Assembly (NCBI GenBank): GCA_046861645.1
Contig: JBHHUM010000005.1
Span: forward strand, 1-56,116
From: Fidelibacterota bacterium
GTDB taxonomy: Bacteria; Fidelibacterota; Marinisomatia; Marinisomatales; UBA2128
DNA length: 56,116 bases
Direction of reading: 5' to 3'
Of this stretch, positions 17,754 to 27,288 are shown in pieces. The stretch's first letter is position 1. The number at the start of each line of letters is the position of its first letter. A program made the position numbers and the translations under genes. The notes under the pieces were generated by a model. It was not told the origin of the DNA and searched no databases. It was given only the letters and a program-made list of their open reading frames with translations.

Positions 17754-18673
17754 TGCGCTAACCAGCCTATTTGTAACCACCCTTCCACAACGAACACATG
17801 AATTATCATAATTACGATCATGGTAAAAGCAAATGGCTTATGTATTACATGCCAGTAGTGGAAAAGACGATGAGCTGTATTCCAGAAGGCAATCTGTCGA
17901 GTGACCTTAATCCGCTGTCGTAGAAGGTGTCTGAAACCAGATACTTTATCAGGAGAGATCTCAGCAACTTTTGCTATTCTTGCTACGATCCTGTTTACGG
18001 TAAACCAGTTAAACAGATCCATCGTAAAAAGAGTAAATAAACCCCACATCCCCCGATTTTTTATTTTTTCTGCACCTGCTAAAGAATCAATATGATCCAG
18101 ATTTTCTCGGGTAAGGTTAAATTCCATTTTTAACCTATCCTTAAGTTCATTGAGGGATGTCTCAAATTCCTGTAATGTCAGCTCCTTCCCGTCCACATGA
18201 CGGGGAATCTTTATATAAATGTAGCGACCTATAAAGCCACTCAGCATCACAGCCATCATAGACCAGTACGAGACTGATACGAGTCCACCAAACTTAAAAG
18301 CAGTATGGAAAGTAACCAGTACTGGTCCGGCGATTCCAAGGAAAATATGATAGTTGAGCCAAGACCTGAGCTTTCCCAAGACGCGAAGGCTCTTCAACCG
18401 TTTCCGAGCAGAATAAACGAATAAGATCACCATCATCGCACTACCTATTATCCCTAAACTGTGGCCCATATCCCCACCAGGTTTCCAGATATCGTGAAAC
18501 TTTGCCGGACGCTCAGCTTTGGGAGTCACATAGTAGTCATCTGGGAGGAGATGGTGGGGACGTTCTTCGTTGGGTAAGAGGTAGTAACCTCCAGCTTCTA
18601 CTGAAATCCAGATAGAAGTACCAAACAGTATCAAAAAAAGACTACTCAATACCAGGCGATGAATGATCTGCAT
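17750..18673 (-). CDS. Ferric-reductase-like transmembrane cytochrome b subunit (putative di-heme)
   Basis: ~5 TM helices; two H-x13-H pairs in TM segments (HIFLGIAGPVLVTFH; HKPFAFTMIVIMIIH), as in NOX/FRE-type bis-His heme b proteins. Confidence 0.8.
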   Translation of the reverse strand: MQIIHRLVLSSLFLILFGTSIWISVEAGGYYLLPNEERPHHLLPDDYYVTPKAERPAKFHDIWKPGGDMGHSLGIIGSAMMVILFVYSARKRLKSLRVLGKLRSWLNYHIFLGIAGPVLVTFHTAFKFGGLVSVSYWSMMAVMLSGFIGRYIYIKIPRHVDGKELTLQEFETSLNELKDRLKMEFNLTRENLDHIDSLAGAEKIKNRGMWGLFTLFTMDLFNWFTVNRIVARIAKVAEISPDKVSGFRHLLRQRIKVTRQIAFWNTAHRLFHYWHVIHKPFAFTMIVIMIIHVFVVEGWLQIGWLAQ

Positions 18674-18728
18674 TTTGATAGAAAAACCTTTTGATTAATG
18701 GTCGATTATTAAGAAAAAATGGAGGTAA

Positions 18729-18757
18729 AATGTACTTTAGTATATGGGGAACTGCAA
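18729..18757 (-). promoter_or_regulatory. Candidate sigma70 promoter of the cytochrome cluster
   Basis: Minus strand TTGCAG-N17-TACATT, ~55 nt upstream of ATG 18673. Confidence 0.45.
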
Positions 18758-18923
18758 GAAACGACACCATTCTAAGATCAAAAGAAAATACCAGAGAGCG
18801 TCCAATAAAGCATGAACATTTTACTTGGATATAGTTACTAATATTCTGATCTGATCATACGTGATCTTTCATTAGATTGAGCCACCTTAGTGCAATATAC
18901 ATGTTTCTATCTTCGTCATGTTT

Positions 18924-20675
18924 CTAGGAAGGTACATTACGTTCTCCACTATCTATCTCCATAATTGTTTTGGCAATATTAGCCAGGTGTACACCAATTT
19001 GTTTAAGCAAATCCATAAACTCAACATGAACCTCATGTGTCTCCAGAGACTCTACCTTCTCTTCACTAAGTCGCTGTACATGACGTATCCGAAAATCTGA
19101 TTCTAACATTTCGTATTTCTCCTCCTTATATAGAATTTTCTTAGCCATTGTTGGATCCAGTTCACTGAGGGCATCACGCAACCGGCTCATCTGTTTACTT
19201 ACCTTGATGTGGTAGGCTTTCAACTCCTCCTTACCTTCCCGGGAAAAATCACTTTCTAATTGACGCCTTTTTCTGGCTAAGGGTACCATATTTCTATGGA
19301 TGATATCACCAATATTCTCTAAATCATTAGCTGTCGATATCATTGCATATATTTCGCTCATCTGTTGATTGGTAATTTCCTGGCGACCAATCTTCACAAG
19401 ATAGTCCACCACTTTTTCATCGAGAAAATCAATCTTCCTTTCTCGCATGTCAATCCCAGCCATCACACTCAATTTGGGATAGATTTCATCTTCCCCCGGT
19501 TCATTGGAAATAAAGGGATGTAAAATAGCAGATAGCATCCGGGCAACGATCTTTGCCATTCGTGAAATTTCAGATTGAGCTAATTTAATAGCCACAGCCG
19601 GGTGCGAAATTTGACTTTCATCCAGATGCCAGACGATAGGCTTAACTCCCACTTCTTCTTCCTTCTCTGGGTAGATTTTGTACAAATATTTTGAAAAAAG
19701 AGCAGTAAAGGGCAGGAAAATTGCAGCCAGACTCACGTTGAAAATAGTGTGGGCATTTGCTATCTGCCGAGGGATATCCGCTCCTATGGAGATCCTCTCG
19801 ATGAAATGGGCAAAAGTCGGAATCCAAAGAATAAAAAGAGCCACTCCCCCAATCTTGAAAAGGACATGAGCAAGGGCAACACGTTTCGCTTCCCGTGAGG
19901 TACCTATGCTTGCCAAACCAGCCGTGATACAGGTACCGATGTTGGCTCCAAAAATGAGAGGAATTCCCGCCTCCAGTGTCAGGAAACCCTGGAGAGACAA
20001 AGTAATTACAATACCCGTAAATGCACTGCTACTCTGAATTAAAGCTGTAAACAAAGTTCCTACCAGAAGCCCCAGTAATGGGTTCTCCATCCCCAACAAG
20101 ACATCCCTGAAGGGAGTATAATCGCGGAGGTCATACATCGCCGTAGACATATGTTTCATTCCAAAAAATAGGATACCGAAACCGAGAATAGTTTCACCCA
20201 CATGCTTGTACGATTCTCGACGGGATAACAAGATGATTCCATATCCAACTGCAATCATCAAAATGGCATAATTGGTGAATTTGAAGGCAATGAGTTGTGC
20301 GGTGATAGTAGTCCCAATGTCGGCCCCCAGAATTACTCCTAAAGATTGAGCAAAACTCATCAATTCCGCTTGTACAAAACTGACCAGCATCACAGTTGTT
20401 GCGCTACTACTCTGGATAATCATGGTCACAAAAGCACCAACTAAAAGAGCAATTACCCTCTTTTGGGTCAGCGCTGTCAGGATTCGTCGCATTCGATTCC
20501 CAGCAGCTTTTTTTAATCCCTCACTCATCTTCCCCATACCGTAGAGAAAGAGAGCCAGGCCACCTAAAAGATTCATGACGACAATGCCCCAGCTTATAGC
20601 TGATACACTACCATCTGCCGCAGGGAGTAAACCAGGAACAATTATTATAGATAAAATTTTGCAGGTTATCCGCAT
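18924..20675 (-). CDS. Na+/Pi cotransporter family protein with C-terminal PhoU domains
   Basis: LLGGLALFLYGM, two QSSS repeats (IIQSSSAT, LIQSSSAF), GADIGTT/GANIGTC, ANAHTIFN; PhoU-like DLENIGD. Confidence 0.92.
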   Translation of the reverse strand: MRITCKILSIIIVPGLLPAADGSVSAISWGIVVMNLLGGLALFLYGMGKMSEGLKKAAGNRMRRILTALTQKRVIALLVGAFVTMIIQSSSATTVMLVSFVQAELMSFAQSLGVILGADIGTTITAQLIAFKFTNYAILMIAVGYGIILLSRRESYKHVGETILGFGILFFGMKHMSTAMYDLRDYTPFRDVLLGMENPLLGLLVGTLFTALIQSSSAFTGIVITLSLQGFLTLEAGIPLIFGANIGTCITAGLASIGTSREAKRVALAHVLFKIGGVALFILWIPTFAHFIERISIGADIPRQIANAHTIFNVSLAAIFLPFTALFSKYLYKIYPEKEEEVGVKPIVWHLDESQISHPAVAIKLAQSEISRMAKIVARMLSAILHPFISNEPGEDEIYPKLSVMAGIDMRERKIDFLDEKVVDYLVKIGRQEITNQQMSEIYAMISTANDLENIGDIIHRNMVPLARKRRQLESDFSREGKEELKAYHIKVSKQMSRLRDALSELDPTMAKKILYKEEKYEMLESDFRIRHVQRLSEEKVESLETHEVHVEFMDLLKQIGVHLANIAKTIMEIDSGERNVPS

Positions 20676-20722
20676 CAGTTAATACTCTACTTCTTTACTC
20701 ATAGCTGAACATTTCCAAGATA

Positions 20723-21196
20723 TTACCAGACGTTATAAGGTTCTTTAGTAAGCATAAGGCTATAGTATTTCACCTTACCGGTAACTTCCTCACCAATAAA
20801 ATCCGGCCTGTTAAACTTCTGATCTTCCCGCTCCAATTCGATTTCAGCTATTATGAGACCCTCATTGGCACCGTGAAAAACATCTATCTCCCAGATTAGA
20901 CCTTCATATTCGTAAAGAAACCTTGTTTTTTCGATGAGGGGTTGATCACAGAGAGTAAGCAAGTGCTGAGCATCAGTCAATGGAATTTCTGTTTCAAATT
21001 CATATCGACTCATACCTTTGATATCCCCTATTCCCTTTATGGTTAACAGCCCTCTTTTCACACTATCCTGTTCTACAATCCTGATCCGTACTGCTCGCTC
21101 CTTTTCGGACTGCAAATATCCTTGGAGTATTGTTTTCCCTATTAATCCTGCTGGCAGCTTTGTCACCAGAAATTTCCGTTCAATCTCCTGACTCAT
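20723..21196 (-). CDS. CYTH domain protein (triphosphate tunnel metalloenzyme)
   Basis: MSQEIERKFLV (ExExK), ILQGYL, VRIR, TIKG, EFETEI, KTR, WEIDVF, AEIEL; GAGGAGG RBS before ATG 21196. Confidence 0.92.
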   Translation of the reverse strand: MSQEIERKFLVTKLPAGLIGKTILQGYLQSEKERAVRIRIVEQDSVKRGLLTIKGIGDIKGMSRYEFETEIPLTDAQHLLTLCDQPLIEKTRFLYEYEGLIWEIDVFHGANEGLIIAEIELEREDQKFNRPDFIGEEVTGKVKYYSLMLTKEPYNVW

Positions 21197-21207
21197 GAAA
21201 CCTCCTC

Positions 21208-21855
21208 TCAATTAGCCAGCGGCTTATTAATCCACCCGATGATCCGCTTGATCGCCTGCAGATAGTTGATGTTCTCTACATGCTCTAACTCCAAATCCTT
21301 AATCGTAAGGAGTACATCTGGCACATTAATTGACTCTATACTGATACTAGTAACGGGTACATCATCGATCACTACTTGAGCCATTTCACAAATCGTCTCA
21401 TTAATCAAATATCTAAGCCGTTTTTTCTTCACCATCACTGATTGGAGTTCAGGGTTGCTTTTGATTAAGTTAAGAAACTCTCCCAGTTCATATTCATCCC
21501 GTCCCCAAATGAGCTCCGACACTTGCAATGCAGAAAATACTATTTCTTCTAGAATTTTACCTGTTATTGGAAAGGCACTTTTCATTAAAGGACGCCACTG
21601 TTCAAGTCCTTGTTTGTAACTAACCAACGTTTTAACATCCAAACTATCATTTCTAATTTTAATGTTATTAAGGTCATTGATCTTTGATATAATATAGATT
21701 TCCTCGGAGATTCTAACCCTTCGATGTTCAGGCCCAGATAAGGACAATTGCTCCATCCGCTGGACTATTTCTGAAAAATCCTTACCAAAGGATCGGAATT
21801 CAAATCTCGGTTTGGATATTGGGTCAATATTGAGTGATTCCTTGATTGTGATCAC
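21208..21855 (-). CDS. Divergent CYTH-like hypothetical protein
   Basis: PRFEFRSF, EIYIIS, NIKIR, VKKKR, SISIES, ENINY pattern parallels the CYTH fold; GTG start uncertain. Confidence 0.65.
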   Translation of the reverse strand: MITIKESLNIDPISKPRFEFRSFGKDFSEIVQRMEQLSLSGPEHRRVRISEEIYIISKINDLNNIKIRNDSLDVKTLVSYKQGLEQWRPLMKSAFPITGKILEEIVFSALQVSELIWGRDEYELGEFLNLIKSNPELQSVMVKKKRLRYLINETICEMAQVVIDDVPVTSISIESINVPDVLLTIKDLELEHVENINYLQAIKRIIGWINKPLAN

Positions 21856-21895
21856 GCCCTCTATCCGTCCCGTAGTGAACTTTGGCTGACATCAT
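21824..21895 (-). CDS. Possible 23-aa upstream ORF (MMSAKVHYGTDRGRDHNQGITQY) overlapping the CYTH-like gene start
   Basis: Perfect AGGAGG (21901-21906) 5 nt before ATG; out of frame with GTG 21855. Confidence 0.3.
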   Translation of the reverse strand: MMSAKVHYGTDRGRDHNQGITQY

Positions 21896-22078
21896 TAATA
21901 CCTCCTGAGGTACTCTACTTATCAGTTACCTTCTGAATATATCGAACTTAACCCCCTATGAATCAATTCTCACAGTAAAACCGCCTTAAGTGAAGTGCCT
22001 TTAGCACAGTTTCCCTTGCCTTTACCATTGGCAGATATTAACGTGGCGTCCCTTACTTACCTGTTAACAGCAGAAAAA

Positions 22079-22873
22079 ATGACTGACAACGATATTAGAA
22101 AAAGAGGAAAATTTTACGAAGATTTCACCTTCCTCAAGAGTTCAGAAGGAAGACCATCTCGCCTGTTATCCGAGTATTTCGGACCGCTGCGCCTGTTCCG
22201 GAAATATAAAATCAAGGATACTATCGTGTTTTTTGGATCAGCAAGGATCCCTTCCCCTGAGGTTGCTGACGAGATACGAAACGGAGACAATCCCGATAAA
22301 AATGGTTTACTTACTTTAGCCAAATATTATCAACAGGCAAGAGAACTTTCGTTTCGACTGACGAAATGGTCTAAAGGGTTAAAAGGAACCAATCACCGCT
22401 TCATTGTCACCTCTGGTGGAGGTGGGGGCATTATGGAAGCTGCGTCCCGGGGCGCCAGTGAAGCTGACGGCTATGCTGTAGGATTAAACATTTCCCTCCC
22501 TTTCGAGCCCCAAGGAAATCCCTACGTCACCAAGGATCTGGATATGGAGTTTCATTATTTCTTTATGCGTAAATTCTGGTTCCTCTATCTGGCCAAGGCG
22601 CTCATTATCTTTCCAGGAGGTTTTGGAACATTGGATGAATTGATGGAATTGCTTACACTTGTCCAAACCGGTAAAATGATGAAAAAACTTCCCATTGTAA
22701 TTTTTGGTAAGTCATATTGGGAGGAAATTATCAATTTCAAAGCATTAGTAAGACACGGTACTATTGCCCCTAAAGATCTCTCTCTTTTTCACTTTTCTAA
22801 TACGGTGAGTGCTGCTTTCGATTACCTTACTACTGAACTCACCAAAACTCATCTACAAGGCAAAAACTTTTAA
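22079..22873 (+). CDS. LOG family (TIGR00730-like) nucleotide phosphoribohydrolase
   Basis: FFGSAR, SGGGGGIMEAA, GLNISLPFE, FHYFFMRKFWF, FPGGFGTLDELMELLTL; start taken at ATG 22079. Confidence 0.92.
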   Translation: MTDNDIRKRGKFYEDFTFLKSSEGRPSRLLSEYFGPLRLFRKYKIKDTIVFFGSARIPSPEVADEIRNGDNPDKNGLLTLAKYYQQARELSFRLTKWSKGLKGTNHRFIVTSGGGGGIMEAASRGASEADGYAVGLNISLPFEPQGNPYVTKDLDMEFHYFFMRKFWFLYLAKALIIFPGGFGTLDELMELLTLVQTGKMMKKLPIVIFGKSYWEEIINFKALVRHGTIAPKDLSLFHFSNTVSAAFDYLTTELTKTHLQGKNF

Positions 22874-22934
22874 TTGATGACTCATTACCAAATTAAATGA
22901 AGTCTCTACACCATAATCTTTAGTCATATTTGTT

Positions 22935-25934
22935 ATGGTAAGAGAATATAAGAATCAAACCCCATCCGCTTCCGCAACACTGTTATTTTTTTTCTTTCTC
23001 TCCTGCTGTACTGTTTTCTGCCAGACTGCACCCATTGTAGGATTACACGAAAATACTCCCCGATCCTTTTCTCTCAAACACGCCACACTCATTCCTGAAC
23101 CAGGGAAGATTATCAAGGATAGTGAGTTGGTGATTCAGGATGGTCTCATCGTATCAGTAGGTTCTGTAGCTGAAGTACCTGCGGAAGCCTTTGAAATCGA
23201 TATGACTGGAAAGACTATTTATCCCGGGTTCATTGAGCCCTTTTTGGAAGCAGAAAAAATTCCTGTGGACTCAAATCGCACTATTCTTCGCAACTGGAAC
23301 GAAAAAGTACATCCGGAACTAAACCCTCTCGACTGGTACTCCCCTACAGAGAAAGATCTTTTGGTTTTGCGTAAATTAGGTTTTACCGCTGCCCAGGTCG
23401 TACCTCCATCAGGAATATTCCAGGGTCAGTCTGCCCTAATTCACTTAAGTGAATGGTCTTCTGCTGCCGTAATTGAACAGCAGGGACCAGTACAAACCAT
23501 GTCATTTGAGCATGGAACCTGGAAGGAGATCAGCTATCCCAATTCTCTTTTAGGCACTATTGCCCTTATCCGACAGACCTTTCTCGATGCTCAATGGTAT
23601 CAAAACGCCTGGGCGACTTACCGCCGCTTCCCCAACGAGAATGAACAGCCGGAAATAGATATTTCCTTAACCGCCTTGGGAAAATTATTGGACAATGGTT
23701 ATCCCTTCTGTTTTCGAACCAATAACGAATTGGCTGTTTTAAGAGCAGTAAAAATTGCCCGTGAATTTGATTTTCCTCTTTGGTTAAAAGGGAGTGGCTA
23801 CGAATATCGAGTACTTACAACTCTCCAAGATATCAAACCGTTTATCATTCTCCCCATAAACTATCCCGAAATTCCAGACGTGAGCAGCTGGGAATCAGCA
23901 CTGCAGTATTCTAATGCCCAGTTACGGCACTGGGACCAGGCACCAGATAACGCCATGCGTCTCCAGCAAGCAGGAATTCCCTTCGCATTTACTACGATTG
24001 ATCTAAAGGATCGTAAACAATTTCGCACCAATTTACTTCGTAGCGTGGAGCGGGGTCTACCCCAAGCGGATGCCCTGGCTGCCCTCACCACCTTACCTGC
24101 AAAACAGTTGGGAATCTCTGATCGACTGGGCACAATTTCTCCAGGTAAAATCGCTAACTTGACCATCACTGATGGCGACTATTTCCAAGAGGACACTAAG
24201 GTAGTAGAAGTGTGGATCCAGGGTGAACAATTTCGATTGGAACCTGAAGCAGAAAAAGATATTCGTGGTAAGTGGCTAGTTCACTGGGAAGTTGAAAATG
24301 AAATTCATATAGACTCTCTTAAATTCTCAGGGAAGAAACCTGGAAAAGTATCAGAAGGCCAATTCATATCTGATACAACTAAGATTCCCTTTGATTCACT
24401 TGCCTTGGAGCATGACTTTATCATCTTCTATTTCGAAGGTAAGCAACTTGACTTTCCAGGCAGTTTACGTTTCTCTGGAACCGTGGAAGATAACTACATG
24501 GAAGGTCGAGCTGTGGCTGCCGAGGGTACAATTATCTCCTGGTACGCCCGGCTGATACTACCACCTGAATCCTCTAAAGAGGAAGAGGAAAAGTTACCAG
24601 AGACTGCTTCAGAGCTTAAACCTCTGTACCCAGAAGGTGCTTTTGGGCTGAAAGCTTCTCCGGAGCAACCACGATTGATCCTGGTGAAAAATGCCACACT
24701 TTGGACCTGTGGCCCAGAAGGTATTATTGAAGAAGGTGACCTTCTTGTAAGGGATGGTAAGATCTGGAAAATCGGTCAGAATCTAAAAATAACTGGTAGT
24801 ACTAAAAACGTCGTTATCATTGATGCCCGAGGAAAACATGTGACCCCGGGGCTTATCGATTGCCATAGTCATAGTGCAGCCAGTTCTATTAATGAAGGGA
24901 CTCAAGCTGTAACTGCAGAGGTACGTATTGAGGATGTACTCAATCCAAATGATATTAATATCTACAGGGAGCTGGCAGGAGGACTCACTATTGCCAACAT
25001 CTTTCACGGATCAGCCAATCCCATAGGTGGGCAAAACGCTATTCTTAAACTGAGGTGGGGGGCTGGTCCCGAGCAACTGATTTTCGCACAGGGCCCACCC
25101 AGCATAAAATTTGCTTTAGGAGAGAATGTAAAGCAATCCAATTGGGGTGATGATTTCACCACTCGTTATCCACAAACTCGAATGGGGGTAGAGCAAGTTA
25201 TTCGCGATGCTTTCACTGCAGCCAGGAAATACAAACGGGAATGGGCTGACTATCAAAGTGGCAAAAGTAACTCCTTGAGGAAAATTCCTCCCCGCCGAGA
25301 TCTGGAATTGGAAGCTCTGTCAGAAGTCCTGGAAGGTAAGCGGTTAGTTCATTGTCACTCTTACCGCCAAGACGAAATTCTCATGATGATGCGCATTGCT
25401 GAAGATTTCGGATTCCGGATGGCGACCTTTCAACATGTCCTGGAGGGCTATAAGGTGGCTGAAATACTAGTTCAGCATGGCGCAGGAGCATCAACCTTCA
25501 CGGACTGGTGGGCGTACAAGTATGAAGTGATGGAAGCTATCCCCTACAATGGTGCTCTTATGCAGAAAGTCGGAGTAGTGACCTCCTTTAATTCAGACAG
25601 TGGCGAGCTGGCTCGGAGACTAAATACGGAAGCTGCTAAAGCGGTAAAATATGGTGGGTTATCACCGGAGGAGGCCTTGAAGATGGTTACTATGAATCCA
25701 GCCATTCAGTTAGGTATCGATGAGTGGGTGGGTTCTCTGGAAAAAGGTAAAGATGCTGACTTTGTCATCTGGAGCGGCAATCCCCTCTCCACCTATACCG
25801 TCTGTGAGCATACCTGGATTGACGGTCGAGAGTACTTCAATATAGTCAAAGACCGGCAGCGCCGGAAAGAGATGGAACGCGAACGCAACTACCTCATCCA
25901 GAAAATATTAAGTCATAACGGGAAAATAGATTAG
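22935..25934 (+). CDS. Exported two-domain amidohydrolase family protein
   Basis: Signal peptide; domain 1 GKTIYPGFIE...LGTISPGKIANL; domain 2 GKHVTPGLIDCHSH...HCHSYR...FQHVLEG...FNSDS...GSLEKGKDADFVIW. Confidence 0.9.
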   Translation: MVREYKNQTPSASATLLFFFFLSCCTVFCQTAPIVGLHENTPRSFSLKHATLIPEPGKIIKDSELVIQDGLIVSVGSVAEVPAEAFEIDMTGKTIYPGFIEPFLEAEKIPVDSNRTILRNWNEKVHPELNPLDWYSPTEKDLLVLRKLGFTAAQVVPPSGIFQGQSALIHLSEWSSAAVIEQQGPVQTMSFEHGTWKEISYPNSLLGTIALIRQTFLDAQWYQNAWATYRRFPNENEQPEIDISLTALGKLLDNGYPFCFRTNNELAVLRAVKIAREFDFPLWLKGSGYEYRVLTTLQDIKPFIILPINYPEIPDVSSWESALQYSNAQLRHWDQAPDNAMRLQQAGIPFAFTTIDLKDRKQFRTNLLRSVERGLPQADALAALTTLPAKQLGISDRLGTISPGKIANLTITDGDYFQEDTKVVEVWIQGEQFRLEPEAEKDIRGKWLVHWEVENEIHIDSLKFSGKKPGKVSEGQFISDTTKIPFDSLALEHDFIIFYFEGKQLDFPGSLRFSGTVEDNYMEGRAVAAEGTIISWYARLILPPESSKEEEEKLPETASELKPLYPEGAFGLKASPEQPRLILVKNATLWTCGPEGIIEEGDLLVRDGKIWKIGQNLKITGSTKNVVIIDARGKHVTPGLIDCHSHSAASSINEGTQAVTAEVRIEDVLNPNDINIYRELAGGLTIANIFHGSANPIGGQNAILKLRWGAGPEQLIFAQGPPSIKFALGENVKQSNWGDDFTTRYPQTRMGVEQVIRDAFTAARKYKREWADYQSGKSNSLRKIPPRRDLELEALSEVLEGKRLVHCHSYRQDEILMMMRIAEDFGFRMATFQHVLEGYKVAEILVQHGAGASTFTDWWAYKYEVMEAIPYNGALMQKVGVVTSFNSDSGELARRLNTEAAKAVKYGGLSPEEALKMVTMNPAIQLGIDEWVGSLEKGKDADFVIWSGNPLSTYTVCEHTWIDGREYFNIVKDRQRRKEMERERNYLIQKILSHNGKID

Positions 25935-27256
25935 TGAGATTACGCCCCAAAATCCTCCACTTAATCATCCTGATCTCAGCTACTTCCCTGCCAGCCTCAG
26001 ACCAAATCCCAGCACCGGCTCAATCCCACCCCATATTAATCTCTGATGTAACCATCCACCCCGTCTCTTCTGAACCTATCGTCAATAGCCAGATTTTATT
26101 CGAAAATGGTATTATCATTGCTCTCGGTAAAGACGTGGGACACCTCCCTGACAATACAGAAACCCTCAGCCTGTCGGGGAAGCATGTTTATCCAGGGTTT
26201 GTGGCAGCAAATACAACCATGGGACTCGTAGAAGTTCAAGCCGTAAGGGCTACCCGGGACGTTCGTGAGACCGGGGATTTTAATCCAAATGTTCGGGCAG
26301 AAGTAAGTTACAATCCCGATTCTGAACTCATTCCTGTAGCGAGGTCAAACGGCATTACCGTGGCCCACACCATACCTAAAGGCGGACTCATCTCCGGCAC
26401 TTCAGCAGCTATGATGATGGACGGATGGACCACAGAGGACGTGACCCTGAAGGCGCCGGTAGGGTTACATCTAAACTGGCCGGCCATGGATGTGGGCTCT
26501 GGTAAGAAACGGGAAGAACGGGAAAAGGAACGTGATAAGAAAATTGAAGAAATCAACCAGATTTTCAGGGATGCACGTGCTTATTTTCAGGCCAAGAAAG
26601 CTGCCGAAGTTGCCAATTTACCTGTCAAGATCGATCTTCGCTTGGAAGCCCTGATCCCGGTACTAACCGGTGAACTACCCCTGATCATCCATGCCAACCG
26701 GGTGCGTCAAATAGAAACGGCAGTACACTGGTCTCGGAAACAGAACATCAGGATGATCTTAGCCGATGGTCGTGATTCCTGGCGGGTCACTGACCTGTTG
26801 AAGAAATACGAGATTCCAGTCATTATCGGCGGAGTACATTCTCTCCCTTACCGCCGCTGGGAAGATTACGATACACCTTATACTACACCATTAAAACTTT
26901 ATCAAGCTGGGGTACTATATTGCATATCTATGTCACGTGGATTTTTTGTAGCTGCACATGTGCGCAACCTCCCTTATCAAGCTGCTACAGCAGCCGCCTA
27001 CGGACTCCCCAAGGACGAGGCGCTGAAGTCCATTACACTCTACCCAGCCCAGATCCTGGGCATTGCTGACCGTATCGGCTCGCTCGAACCAGGGAAGGAC
27101 GCCACACTGATTATCACAGATGGCGACCCGCTGGAGATCACCACGCAAGTTGAGATGGAGTTCATCCAGGGCAGGCTGATAGACCTCTCCGATCGACATA
27201 AAATGCTATACGCCAAGTATCAGGAGAAGTACCGGCAGCTGAAGTTGATTAAATAA
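25934..27256 (+). CDS. Exported amidohydrolase-family protein (metal-site degenerate)
   Basis: Signal peptide; GKHVYPGFVAANTTMG (no HxH); IHAN; GSLEPGKDATLII; GTG start overlaps upstream stop. Confidence 0.88.
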   Translation: MRLRPKILHLIILISATSLPASDQIPAPAQSHPILISDVTIHPVSSEPIVNSQILFENGIIIALGKDVGHLPDNTETLSLSGKHVYPGFVAANTTMGLVEVQAVRATRDVRETGDFNPNVRAEVSYNPDSELIPVARSNGITVAHTIPKGGLISGTSAAMMMDGWTTEDVTLKAPVGLHLNWPAMDVGSGKKREEREKERDKKIEEINQIFRDARAYFQAKKAAEVANLPVKIDLRLEALIPVLTGELPLIIHANRVRQIETAVHWSRKQNIRMILADGRDSWRVTDLLKKYEIPVIIGGVHSLPYRRWEDYDTPYTTPLKLYQAGVLYCISMSRGFFVAAHVRNLPYQAATAAAYGLPKDEALKSITLYPAQILGIADRIGSLEPGKDATLIITDGDPLEITTQVEMEFIQGRLIDLSDRHKMLYAKYQEKYRQLKLIK

Positions 27257-27288
27257 TTTTTTTAGATCAGTCCTGACCATAAACGAAA

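Noticed and set aside
18690..18870. Short palindromes (TTAATGGTCGATTATTAA; GATCATACGTGATC) as FNR/Rex sites for the cytochrome cluster
   Set aside because: Neither matches TTGAT-N4-ATCAA or TTGTGAA-N4-TTCACAA well enough; too short to call.
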